A stretch of 64,000 nucleotides of DNA from assembly GCF_006345805.1 (NCBI RefSeq), contig NC_043024.1, positions 7,750,001 to 7,814,000 of the forward strand, written 5' to 3'. The DNA comes from Octopus sinensis (taxonomy: Eukaryota). Under the pieces are notes generated by a model. The model had not been told where the DNA came from, ran no database searches, and saw only the letters and a program-made list of their open reading frames with translations. A program made the position numbers and the translations under genes. Shown here one piece after another: positions 13,251 to 23,800 of the stretch (its first letter is position 1; each line of letters starts with the position of its first letter).

Positions 13251-14372
13251 CTTTACAAGGGGCTAAAACATAGAGGGGACAAACAAGGACAGACAAACGG
13301 ATTAAGTCGATTACATCGACTCCAGTGCGAAACTGGTACTTTATTTATCGACCCCGAAAGGACGAAAGGCAAAGTCGACCACGGTGGAATTTGAACTCAG
13401 AACGTAACGGCAGACGAAATACCGCTAAGCAATCCGCCCGGCGTGCTAACGTTTCTGCATATATATATATACATACACACACACACACACGTAAATGTCA
13501 AACGGAAAATGAGTGCTCAACACTGGTTTGGTGGATATAATTTCCTGTATTTGTGAATTAAGGCTACTATTGGTTTCATGCCAGGAAAAGTATATAGAAG
13601 CAACAGTGACTCAATGTCTGAGAGTTTCGTGTGTTGGCACTTATCAAACTAGTTACAGGTTGAAGGCCTGTGAGTTTATATAGTCGTTGATAAACAAATA
13701 AATATATTTCCCTATGGAATGTTCAAGAACAAATTATAAATAATGTCGCGTAGATAATTATAAGAGACCGATAGAATAAGTACTGGGCTTCCAAAGAATA
13801 AGTCCCAGGGTCGAGTTGCTCAATTAAAGGCGGTGCACCAGCATGGCCGCAGTCAAATGACTGAAACAAGTAAAAGAGTAAAAGAGATATATACACACAC
13901 ACATATAGTGTATATATAGTAAACATACTCACTCCCATACTTACACAACTAGTTTGATAAGTGACAACGCACAAAACTCTCGGTGAGTGAGAAAGCAGAG
14001 TCTGCCCTCAAAGTAACGCTGGGGTAAAAAAATATATATACACACGAAGCCCAACATACTAATTATGACCACTGGTCTCATAGAATCGTTAGCACACCGG
14101 ACATAAAGCCGAGCAGTATTTCTTCTTATAAGTTACATTCAGGGTTCAAATACTACCAAAGTTGACTTTGCTTTTCGTCCCTTCGATATCAACGAAGTAA
14201 ATACCAGTTGCGCACTGGGGGTCGCAGTAATTGACAAGTCCCTGCCTTCCGAAATTTCAAGCCTTGTGCCTAAACTAGAAAGAGTCAATATTTCCATTAT
14301 TTTTAAGCTTATATATAATTAGTATAAGAATGAAAAAATATTACCTTTTCGGCTCCTCTTGCTGCCCCCCAT
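546..14372 (-). CDS. ERCC3: TFIIH helicase/translocase XPB, 5' part (7 exons; gene continues beyond position 1)
   Basis: Exons 14372-14345, 10374-10288, 7299-7178, 6126-6046, 4631-4476, 2940-2866 and 662-546 all have AG/GT boundaries with compatible phases (666 nt). They give [10 protein letters not shown]...DEFGAKDYR...[21 protein letters not shown]...[29 protein letters not shown]...[22 protein letters not shown]...[12 protein letters not shown], collinear with the XPB N-terminal domain as I recall it. Confidence 0.97.
861..1316 (+). mobile_element. piggyBac-like non-autonomous element (MITE dimer)
   Basis: TTAA-CCCTTT...AAAGGG-TTAA ends; two ~215-220 bp units joined by CAAATGATTAAT. Same family as 57261-58643. 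Confidence 0.7.
1480..1850 (-). mobile_element. Non-autonomous Helitron/Helentron-like element (similar copy at 24622-25134)
   Basis: 5' end ACTAGCAGTATCGCCCGGCGTTGC; 3' end with ACAGACACAC repeats and TTTTATATATA. Confidence 0.6.
2866..2940 (-). CDS. ERCC3: XPB exon 6 ([25 protein letters not shown])
   Basis: TTTCAG acceptor and GTAAGT donor; 25 codons. Confidence 0.95.
3215..3620. repeat. Minisatellite, ~33 bp unit GTGTATAACCACTGCACTATA.A.ATGTAATGT
   Basis: About 12 tandem copies; explains the YTH/CITT-repeat ORFs. Confidence 0.9.
4018..4345 (-). mobile_element. BovB-like RTE LINE 3' end, duplicated
   Basis: [33 protein letters not shown]...[21 protein letters not shown] second partial copy starts at about 4250. 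Confidence 0.75.
4476..4631 (-). CDS. ERCC3: XPB exon 5 ([25 protein letters not shown]...EFIK)
   Basis: TTTTCAG acceptor and GTAAG donor; 52 codons; signature XPB motif. Confidence 0.97.
5493..5905 (+). mobile_element. tRNA-derived SINE family A (representative full copy; others at 9024, 25406, 28170, 36363, 56469 and 62217 on plus, and about 10432-10810, 38445-38840, 51455-51865 and 63245-63558 on minus)
   Basis: A box GTGGCTGTGTGG, B box GGTTCAGTCCC, internal (TA)n/(TG)n, tail GAAACAAGTAAAAGA. More than 20 copies or fragments. Confidence 0.9.
6046..6126 (-). CDS. ERCC3: XPB exon 4 ([27 protein letters not shown])
   Basis: CAG acceptor and GTAAG donor; 27 codons of highly conserved XPB sequence. 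Confidence 0.96.
6513..7056 (+). mobile_element. SR2-like RTE LINE 3' end with a 102-103 bp internal triplication
   Basis: [35 protein letters not shown]...[10 protein letters not shown]...ASSTHPG* followed by a (CAAGA)n tail. Confidence 0.75.
7178..7299 (-). CDS. ERCC3: XPB exon 3 (VPAVAAAR...DEFGAKDYR...SRPLWV)
   Basis: TTTTAG acceptor and GTAAGT donor; conserved DEFGAKDYR and SRPLWV motifs. Confidence 0.95.
8235..8308 (+). ncRNA. Minimal type I hammerhead ribozyme-like motif
   Basis: Stem I CTCTTA/TAAGAG (6 bp), core CCGATGA, stem II (A)TTCT/AGAA(C), GAAA, palindromic stem III ACTGCAGT, and a GUC site ending at 8302. Confidence 0.6.
9485..10220. repeat. Compound microsatellite (CATA/TA/CACCTACACA)
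   Basis: Directly visible; explains the 232-aa YIHT ORF. Confidence 0.9.
10288..10374 (-). CDS. ERCC3: XPB exon 2 ([28 protein letters not shown])
   Basis: Pyrimidine tract with TTTAG acceptor and GTAAGT donor. Basic-then-acidic N-terminus typical of XPB. Confidence 0.88.
12586..12953 (-). mobile_element. Non-autonomous Helitron/Helentron-like element (plus-strand copies at 48970-49350 and 61129-61510)
   Basis: Same 5' end; 3' end GACAGACAAACTGCCGTTTATATAG. Three near-identical copies in the window. Confidence 0.6.
14345..14372 (-). CDS. ERCC3: XPB exon 1 (MGGSKRSRK, phase 1)
   Basis: ATG followed by 28 coding nt, then the GTAAT donor. Phase matches exon 2. Confidence 0.75.
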
Positions 14373-15030
14373 TCTCCAGAGAAAGGGATAAGGATAAGAT
14401 AGGGTCTTTAAGCCTACAAAACTGTGTTATTTGCTTGAAGGGACAGAATTTAACACAAAAACGTCCGAACTCCTGTAACCGGTGTAATCATAAACAAATA
14501 AGAAATTCTACTTCCACTTTCGACTAATTATTCTATTAAATAACATAATTCATTACTAACAAAAACACGACAGATTTTTATATTTTTTCCTTAACAATTA
14601 ACTAAATTGCTAAATAATTAACAACACAAAAATAAATATAGAAATAACTCTGCAGTAAAATTCCTAATATTATCAGCAAACTACCGACCTTTATATTCGA
14701 CGGGGACATTTTTCCCGTAACACCGAATATGGTAGACACAGTTTCGTATTTATTTAATATGCGTTAAAATTGCATTAAAAATAATTATAAATAAATTATA
14801 TGTCCCATAAATGTGTTATAATTATTTTATAATTATTAAAATAATATAATGATCTTTTTAATGCTCTAATTTCCAAGAAATTATTTAAGATCTTTGCATG
14901 TTTATTTCATATCAATTTCATCCGGTTTTGGTGAATTCATAAACCACGTTGCTTTCCCGACGAAGTCAACCCGAAGTATATATACACAGATACATCTATA
15001 TATATATATATATATCTATATAAGGTATTT
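14373..15030. promoter_or_regulatory. Probable ERCC3 promoter, possibly shared with DUS3L (head-to-head)
   Basis: Largely unique sequence with local CpG clusters just upstream of the ERCC3 ATG. DUS3L is divergent, and its first coding exon has an acceptor that requires an upstream non-coding exon, which I could not pin down. Confidence 0.4.
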
Positions 15031-15144
15031 AACATATGTGTACATGTTTTAAGATGTTTACCCTTGATATATATTATTTCTTTTCAACCTGTCAATTAAT
15101 TATAATTATCAATGTTCGTTAATTAACATACACCCGTATATACA

Positions 15145-15560
15145 TATATATACATTATATTTACACAATTATTATTATATACACAATTATTACACATATA
15201 TACACATATTATATACACAATTATTACACATATATACACATATTATATACACAATTATTACACATTATATACACAATTATTACACATATATACACAATTA
15301 TTACACATATATACACATTATTACACATATATACACATATTATATACACAATTATTACACATTATATACACAATTATTACACATATATACACAATTATTA
15401 CACATATATACACAATTATTACACATATATACACATTATATACACAATTATTACACATATTATATACACATATATATACACAATTATTACACATATTATA
15501 TACACAATTATTACACATATATACACATATTATATACACAATTATTATTATTATTATATA
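15145..15560. repeat. Minisatellite ACACAATTATTACACATAT(AT)
   Basis: Directly visible tandem units of about 16-21 bp. Confidence 0.9.
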
Positions 15561-15760
15561 TGCCTCCCTCTCGAACCGACAACACGTGAGGATCTCATCT
15601 CATTAAGATGTTTCTCTATAATTCCATTTGTAACTGAAGATACCTAATAGAATATATAGTGGTCCTTAGGTTTGCAGCTTCTGTCCAGTACACAGTTTAA
15701 CTCCCTACTTGTGATATCTTCTTGGAAAGGATCTTCTCTATACGGTCAGGCAAATTTCCG

Positions 15761-16179
15761 GGGATCTTTTCGGTTTGAACGGCAGTTTTTTTTAAATAAT
15801 TTCTAGGTAACTAAACACTTTTAAACTTCGTATACTGGTAGAATGTGTTTATAAAACATCTTTTTCTCTTGGCTTTATTTGGAAAATTCTATAGTTTGAA
15901 GATATTTGTTGTTGATTTTTACTTCATTTTCTGCAATTTCAACCAATCAATGACGTCTATTGAGATAAAAAAACATTCTGTGCCGTATGAATATGTCCCT
16001 CGTTTAAGAAACAGATTGGGTTTATTTACATTTACGAAGAAAAAAAGATACCCTTCCCCCCAACCCTAACCCTAACAGAGATTGAAATGCAATAGATCGA
16101 TACTAGGGTCATAATTATGGGTGACAATTTCATATGACACCGCTAGAAAAAACTGCCGGTCAAACCGAAAAGATCCTTT
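15761..16179. mobile_element. MITE with ~30 bp terminal inverted repeats
   Basis: GGATCTTTTCGGTTTGAACGGCAGTTTTTT ... AAAAAACTGCCGGTCAAACCGAAAAGATCC. Confidence 0.55.
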
Positions 16180-16924
16180 TCCGGAACCAATGCGACTCGG
16201 CATACCTCCGCAATGTGTGATGTCAGTCGACTTTGATAACTTTCAGAAAAATGGGTTTCATACGAAATTTTCTACAAGTATCTTTCAGATGATGCAGATT
16301 ACGATTACATCGGGATTTGATGTATAAAAAAAAAAACAAAGAATTTGTGGGTGCCCAGGTGCAGCCGCATACATGCTGACGTAATATTTATCAAAGATTT
16401 CTAGTTTCACTTTGCAGGTATACACGTGATGTGTGTCAATATGTACGTCCTTTTTTCTTCCGCATTTATTTTCGATATAATCGTAATCTTCTGTAAGGTG
16501 TTTACCTATTACTTGTTTCACTGCGGCCATGCTGGGACACTGCTTTGAAGAACTTTTAATGGAATAGATCGCTGAATATTGAAGGGTTTAATCGAACGAA
16601 TCAACCCCAATACTTATTTTTTAAGCCTAGTACTTATTCTATCAGTCCTTTTTGCCAAACCCACAAAATTAAGGGGACATATCAAACCAACATCAATGGT
16701 AAAGCAATGGCAGGGGACAAACACACACACATACATACATACATGCTTACATATGACAGGCTTCCTTCAGTTTCCATCTATTACATCCACTCACAAGGCA
16801 TTAGTTGGCCCAAGGCTATAGTAGGAGACATACATACATATATATATATATGACAGGCTTCCTTCAGTTTCCATCTATTACATCCACTCACAAGGCATTG
16901 ATTGGCTCAAGGCTATAGTAGAAG

Positions 16925-16968
<44 letters not shown>

Positions 16969-17039
16969 CTGGCTTCTTTCAGTTTCCGCTTACCAAATCC
17001 ACTCACAAGTCATTGGTTGGCTCAAGGCTATAGTAGGAG

Positions 17040-17099
<60 letters not shown>

Positions 17100-17406
17100 C
17101 TTACTACCCACAAGGGGCCAAACACAGAGCGGACAAACAAGGACAGACAAACGGATTAAGTCGATTAGATCGACCCCAGTGCGAAACTGGTACTTAATTT
17201 ATCGACCCCGAAAGGATGAAAGGCAAAGTCGACCTCGGCGGAATTTGAACTCACAACGTAACGACAGACGAAATACGGCTACGCATTTCGTCCGGCGTGC
17301 TAACGTTTCTGCCAGCTCGCATATATATATATATGACAGGCTTCTTTCAGTTTCCGCTTACCAATCCACTCACAAGGCATTGATTGGCTCAAGGCTATAG
17401 TAGGAG

Positions 17407-17473
<67 letters not shown>

Positions 17474-17575
17474 GGTCCCGGGTTGAGTCGGGGTTAACCA
17501 CAGTAAATAAGGTACTCAATACATAGCAGAGTAAATTAATTTAATTTATTTTATAGAAGGAGCTCCTTCTATAAA

Positions 17576-17619
<44 letters not shown>

Positions 17620-18102
17620 CAGGCTTCCTTCAGTTTCCGTCTACCAAATCCACTCACAAGGCATTGGTTGGCTCAAGGCTATAGTAGAAGACACTTGCCC
17701 AAGGTGCCATGCAGTGGGTGCAAAGCAAGCTTCTTACCACACATCATGCCTGTACCTATTTTACATTCAACTATTTTCAAATAACATATTTGATGGGGCA
17801 TTTTAAAAGCTCCACAATTCCAGCAGTGCATATTCAGGAAAAACACTTTTTAGTTAATGTAATCTCTGCTTAATTTCGCATATATCTTTAGTGTTTTATC
17901 TATTGCTTTTTCTGGGGCACTACCTTGAAGGATTTTTAATCAAATGAATTAACCATAGTCACTTTTTTTAAGCCTGGTACTTATTCAATCAGTCTCTTTT
18001 GCCGAACTACTAAGTTATGGGAACATAAATACACCAACAGCGGTTATCAAGCAGTGGTGGGAGACAAACATATATACATGCATATGTGTGTATGTATGTG
18101 TG

Positions 18103-18134
<32 letters not shown>

Positions 18135-19339
18135 ATAGTCTTCTTTCAGTTTCTGTCTACCAAATTCATTCACAAGGTTTTGATCAGTCTGAGGCTATCA
18201 TAAAAGACACTTGCCCAAAGTGCCATGCAATGGGACTGAACCCAGAACCATGTGGTTCAGAAGCAAGCGTCTTGCCACACAGCCATGCCTATGCCTATAG
18301 CAACAAGGGTGATTTTTTTTTTTTTTTGAGACCCTTTTTCTTAAAAAAAAAATGCTTCTTATATACCATAAATCTCAGATATGAGATTGTGTGTGTATAT
18401 TTACAGAATTGATGTTTATATAAATATAACTCCACTCCATGGATTCACATTTGCAGCTCTGTTTTACTTCCTGGTTTTAAATGTTTCATTTAATTATTTC
18501 ACATAGGTCACTAATGCCTTTAAAAAAAGGCATGACCACCATTTAATCCCATTCCGTCTTAGAAGAATAACTCTATCCAAAATAGTGTTTCTAGGAATTA
18601 TGATCTGGTGTTCATGTCTTTCCTCATTGACATTTACAATGTAAGTGAAGTGGAATGGCTGAAATTTGGAGTGAAACTAGCTCACGGTGGGCAAGTGTCT
18701 TCTACTATAGCCCCAGGCTGAACAATGCCCTGTGAGTGGATTTGGAAGACAGAAACTGAAAGGCGATGAGCTGGCAGAAACGTTAGCACGCCGGGCGAAA
18801 TGCTTAGCAGTATTTCGTCTGCCACTACGTTCTGAGGTCAACTTTGCCTTTCATCTTTTCGGGGTCGATTAAATAAGTACCAGTTATGCACTGGAGTCAA
18901 TATAATTGACTTGATCCGTTTGTCTGTCCCCTCTGTGTGTAGCCCCTTGTGGGCAGTAAAGAAATAAGAAACTGTCATCATCCAACATCCATTTTCCATG
19001 CTGGCATGGGTTGGATGATTTGACAGGAGCTGACAAGCCAGAGGACGGCACCAAACTCTACTGTCTGTTTTGGCATAATTTTTATGGCTGGGTGCCCTTC
19101 CAAACACCAACTATTTTACATGTACTGGGTGCTTTTTATGTGACACCAGTGCTGGTGAGGTCTGTTTTGCCATGGCTTTTATGGCTGGATACCTTTCCAA
19201 ATCTCAAATGCCAACCTCTTTACAGAGTGGACCGAGTACTTTTTACGTGGCACCAGCAAGGTCTACTTTGGTATGGCTTTCAATGCGGGATATCCTTTCA
19301 AACACCAACCAGTTCATTTATAAATATATATATAGATAT

Positions 19340-19398
<59 letters not shown>

Positions 19399-20535
19399 TT
19401 GTCTGCAAGTATTTGGTGACCCTGTCAGTGCAGGTGCCACTTAAAAGCATCCAGTCCGCCCTGTAAAATGGTTGGTGTTCAGAAGGACATCCAGCTGTAA
19501 AAACCTTGCCAAAATTGACCTCACCTGTGCTTGTGCCACGTAAAAAGCACTAAGTCCACTTTGCTGAGTGGTTGGTGTTAGGAAGGGCATCCAGCTTGAA
19601 AAATCCTGCCAAAACAGTCGCTGGAGTCTGGTGTAGGCTTCTGCTTGACCAGTTCTTGCAAAACCATCCCATCCATGCTAGCATAGAAGTTGGGTGTTAA
19701 ACGATGATGATATGTGTGTGTCTACTATTGACCTGACATCATGTAACACAAACACACGCACATGTATGACAGCTCCTTTCACTTTCCATCTACCACATCC
19801 CTTCATAGGGCTTTAGTCAGCCCAAGGCTATAGTTGAAGACAGTCACCCAAAGTGGCACACTGAAATTGAACCCAAAATTAGATGGTTGGAGAGCAAGCT
19901 TCTTAACCACACAGCCACACCTGCACCTACAACATATATCTAGCACTTGTGCTGGTGGTGCATGAAACATTCGAGCAAGGTCGTCACCAGTGCCGCTGGA
20001 CTGGCCCTTGTGCCGGTGCCATGTAAAAGCACCCACTACACTCACAGAGTGATTGCCGTTAGGAAGGGCATCCAGCTGTAGAAACTCTGCCAGATCAGAT
20101 TGGAGCCTGGTTTGCCAAACCTCAGTCAAATCGTCCAACCCATGCTAGCATGGAAAGCTGACATTAAATGATGATGATATATATATATATATCAAAATAA
20201 AGATCAAGTGGAAATTGTAGTAGTGATACCCATGTCGGTGGCACGTAAAAAGCACCCACTACACTCATGGAGTGGTTGGCGTTAGGAAGAGCATCCAGCT
20301 GTAGAAACACTGCCAGATCACATTGGAGCCTAGTGCAGCCTCCTGGCTTCCCAGACCCCGGTCAAACCCATGCTAGTATGGAAAACGGACGTTAAACAAT
20401 GATGATGATATATATATATTCAAACATAAAAGAGATACCCAAAAAATAGGATATCTGACTCGCTAGAAAGAGCAGTTAAAAACTCCAAGCCGCCAATTGT
20501 TGTAATTCCAAAAGTGATTGAAAAATAAAAACGTT

Positions 20536-20590
<55 letters not shown>

Positions 20591-20629
20591 GATAAATTGT
20601 TTTCTTGTTTGTCTTTTGTAGTTTAACAA

Positions 20630-20853
20630 ATGGATGCCACATCGTCTGTGACCAAAGATGGTGAAGTATCAGAAGACGCAAAGACACCCGTTGCAGAAAA
20701 TAAACCAGAAACCTCTCTGTCAGATGAAATTTCCAAACAGAATAAGGACACAGAAGTAACAGAGTCTTCTCACACTAATGCTGTGGACACTAATAATTCC
20801 AGTACCAAAATAGGGGTCAGTGATCGTAAAGGAGAAGCAAAAATTAAGGCTCA
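20630..20853 (+). CDS. DUS3L: DUS3L coding exon 1 (low-complexity N-terminus ending GEAKIKAQ)
   Basis: Acceptor TTTTGTAG ends at 20621, ATG at 20630, donor CA|GTAAGT. The phase-2 junction continues into YLL in the next exon. Confidence 0.85.
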
Positions 20854-23800
20854 GTAAGTTATACTCCTCTGATTTTTTTAAATTTTTAACTTGTATTTTT
20901 GATGGAATTCTGCTTCAAGCACACCATATAACTTCTCAGAACTTTTTTTATTTTTAGGAATTTTCAGAAAAATTTTGTAAATTTGTGTTCTACACGTGGG
21001 AATTCATACGATTATCGTAAATCCTCAAGTATAGTCCGCCTTTGAGTATAATACGCAGAGGATTTTTAGGGGTCTGTACCTCTGAAAAACCTAAACCTTG
21101 TGTATAATACGCACCCCTTCTCTAACTTGAGTCGTGCGTAATTAAGCCAGCAGCACCTAGTCGAACAAACACTTCCGTGCATGAGTAATACAATAATGGT
21201 GATGTTCTTAACTGTTATATGGGAATGTAAATATGTTTGCAAATTGTTTTTGTTACATGTTATTCTGGGTTCTGAATACTTTTATTTTAATAAATGTTGC
21301 TTACTGCAAGTTATGGATGATTCTTTTATGACTTCATTGCTTTCAGGCTTAGCTTAAGGTATTTTCACGCCCGACATCACAAGATGCGTCTGAATAAACA
21401 TTGCCGGACAGCAAATAGAGACTCGGACATTGCTGAGAAAATAATTTTCATTTTTAACCTTGTATAATAATAACTTTCATTTTTAACCCCGTAACTTAGC
21501 GGTTCGGCAAAAAAGACCGATAGAATAAGCACTAGGCTTACAAAGAATAAGTCCTGGGGTCGATTTTCTCGACTAAAGGCTGTGCTCCAGCATGGCCACA
21601 GTCAAATGACTGAAACAAATAGAAGAGTAAACAACTTTTAAAAGTTATGTATACTAAATTCAGAATGTTTATGATACAGATGTATATGTAAAGAGAGTTT
21701 AGAGTTTTAATGAGTTTTGAGGAGCTGTGGTAATTTAATAAGTGATGATCAGATAATCAGAAATTTCAATTATCTGGCAGTGTGTCAGATAGGAAAGACT
21801 TTATTGTATACTAGCACTATGACCTGGCGTTGCTGGATCATAGTGCTAGTGCATGCATATACAGCTGTGTGCGTGCACACATACATGCGAGTACTGTCCA
21901 AATCGCCGACCAAACACATACAGCTAGCTGGCATTCAATTGGCATATCAAGTTTCGGGCATTTTGATTGGGTTTTGGATAGAAAATTCACTAAAAAGTCA
22001 CTTCCATCTATTTTTTAATGGCTTTGCGGGGTGACTGGGGAAATATAAAGATGTGCACGACCACCCTTGTGCGGTTTTGAATGAACATAGAAAGTGCGAG
22101 CCCTCTAACTGAAAAATTGTGGATTTGTATAAAGGACACACACACAGACATTTTGCCGTTTATATATATAGAATTAAAAGGCGGCGAGCTGGCAGAAACG
22201 TTAGCGCACCGGGCGAAATGCTTAGCGGTATTTCGTCTGTCGTTAGGTTCTGAGTTCAAATTCTGCCAAGGTCGACTTTGCCTTTCATCCTCTCAGGGTC
22301 GATAAATAAAGTACCAGTTACGCACTGGGATCGATGTAATCGACTTAATCCCTTTGTCTGTCCTTGTTTGTCCCCTCTATGTTTAGCCCCTTGTGGGTAG
22401 TAAAGAAATATATATATAGAGAGATAATTATGTATATAATCTAGCTTTGTTTCCTTTCTTCCACCAGATATCTGCTACTAGACTACAAACCGAAAATAGA
22501 TACTGAATTTGTTGCAAAAGAGACTCAAAATGCCTTAAAACATCTCAATGAAGAGAACTCAGAAAATTCAAGCTTGGAACCTCCTCCCAAAAAGTTACGA
22601 TTAAAAGGACGGAACAAAAAAAGACCCTTTGAGAAAAAGCTACAGGCTTGCGAGAAATTATGCGGCAGCATCATTCAGGAAAAAGAATGTGCATACGGCC
22701 CTAAATGCATATTTCTGCATGATGTGAAAGCCTTTTGGGAATCCAAACCCGAAGACATAGGCCCAGAGTGCCATCTGTTTACTAAATTTGGCAGATGTCC
22801 CTACAGTTTTTCTTGCAGGTTTGCACGGCACCACATATCTGAATCGTTGGAAAATATGGTAAATAAAGACATCTATGAAGGCGTGCCATTGTCCAGAAAT
22901 AGCGTGAACCACTTGGATAAGGATGTACAGAGACTTCTGTGGAAGAGGAAGTATGATTTCAGTAAATCTCAGAAGGTTTTGGAGGACTTAAACAAGAAAT
23001 CAAGCACAAACAATGTACTGGAAGATGGTCAAAAAGCTGATATGAAGAAATTGGATGCAGATTCTTCCAGCCAGAATATAGGTTTTGTATCTGATGAAGA
23101 TCTCATCAAATTAAGACCAGCTGAAAAGAAAAAAGTAAGGAGATTTTTTTTTCTGTTTTTTTTTTTCCTCTTGTTATTTGTTTATTTTTATTTTTTTAGA
23201 AGTTTGCTTCCCGACTATATGGTTTTGGGTTAGTTCCACTTTGCAAACATGAGTTCTACTCACATGCCAAATAAAGTGATATTGTCTGCAAAAATTAGAA
23301 ACTGGACACAAAAAAATCAATTTTCAAAGTAATTGAACATAAACAATGAAACGGATTATTTCCCTTGGGTTTTTAAAAAGGAAAATATGAGGTGGATTAT
23401 AAAGATCCCTTCCAGGGGCCGTATTATCAATTTTTTCAAAAATCTAAGTATGTTACGAGGTTTCTAGACATGAATTCTACTCACGTGTCAAGTTTCATCA
23501 AAATCAATAAACCGATGTGGGAGGAGTTAGATAACAACGCCACAAACAAACACACACCGATTTTTCACATATGTAGTAGATATTATCATCATTAACTTCC
23601 CCTTTTCCCATGCTGGCATAAGTAGGACAGTTTGACAAGAATAGACAAGCCAGAGGGTTCCACCAGGTTGGCATGGTTTCTTCAGCTGGATGACTTCCTA
23701 ACTCCAACCACTTATCAGAATGTACTGGATGCTTTTTACATGGCACCAACACCAGTGAGGTCACCAAGTACTTGCAAGAGAAAACCCCCCCAACTGAGCA

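Noticed and set aside
16063-16076. CCCTAACCCTAAC telomere-like motif
   Set aside because: Only two units, internal to a MITE.
16285-16530. Protein-like minus-strand ORF (EDYDYIENKC...)
   Set aside because: It overlaps an inverted-repeat pair (AGATTACGATTA.ATCG at about 16297 and 16473) that suggests a MITE remnant, and it has no recognisable homology or splice sites.
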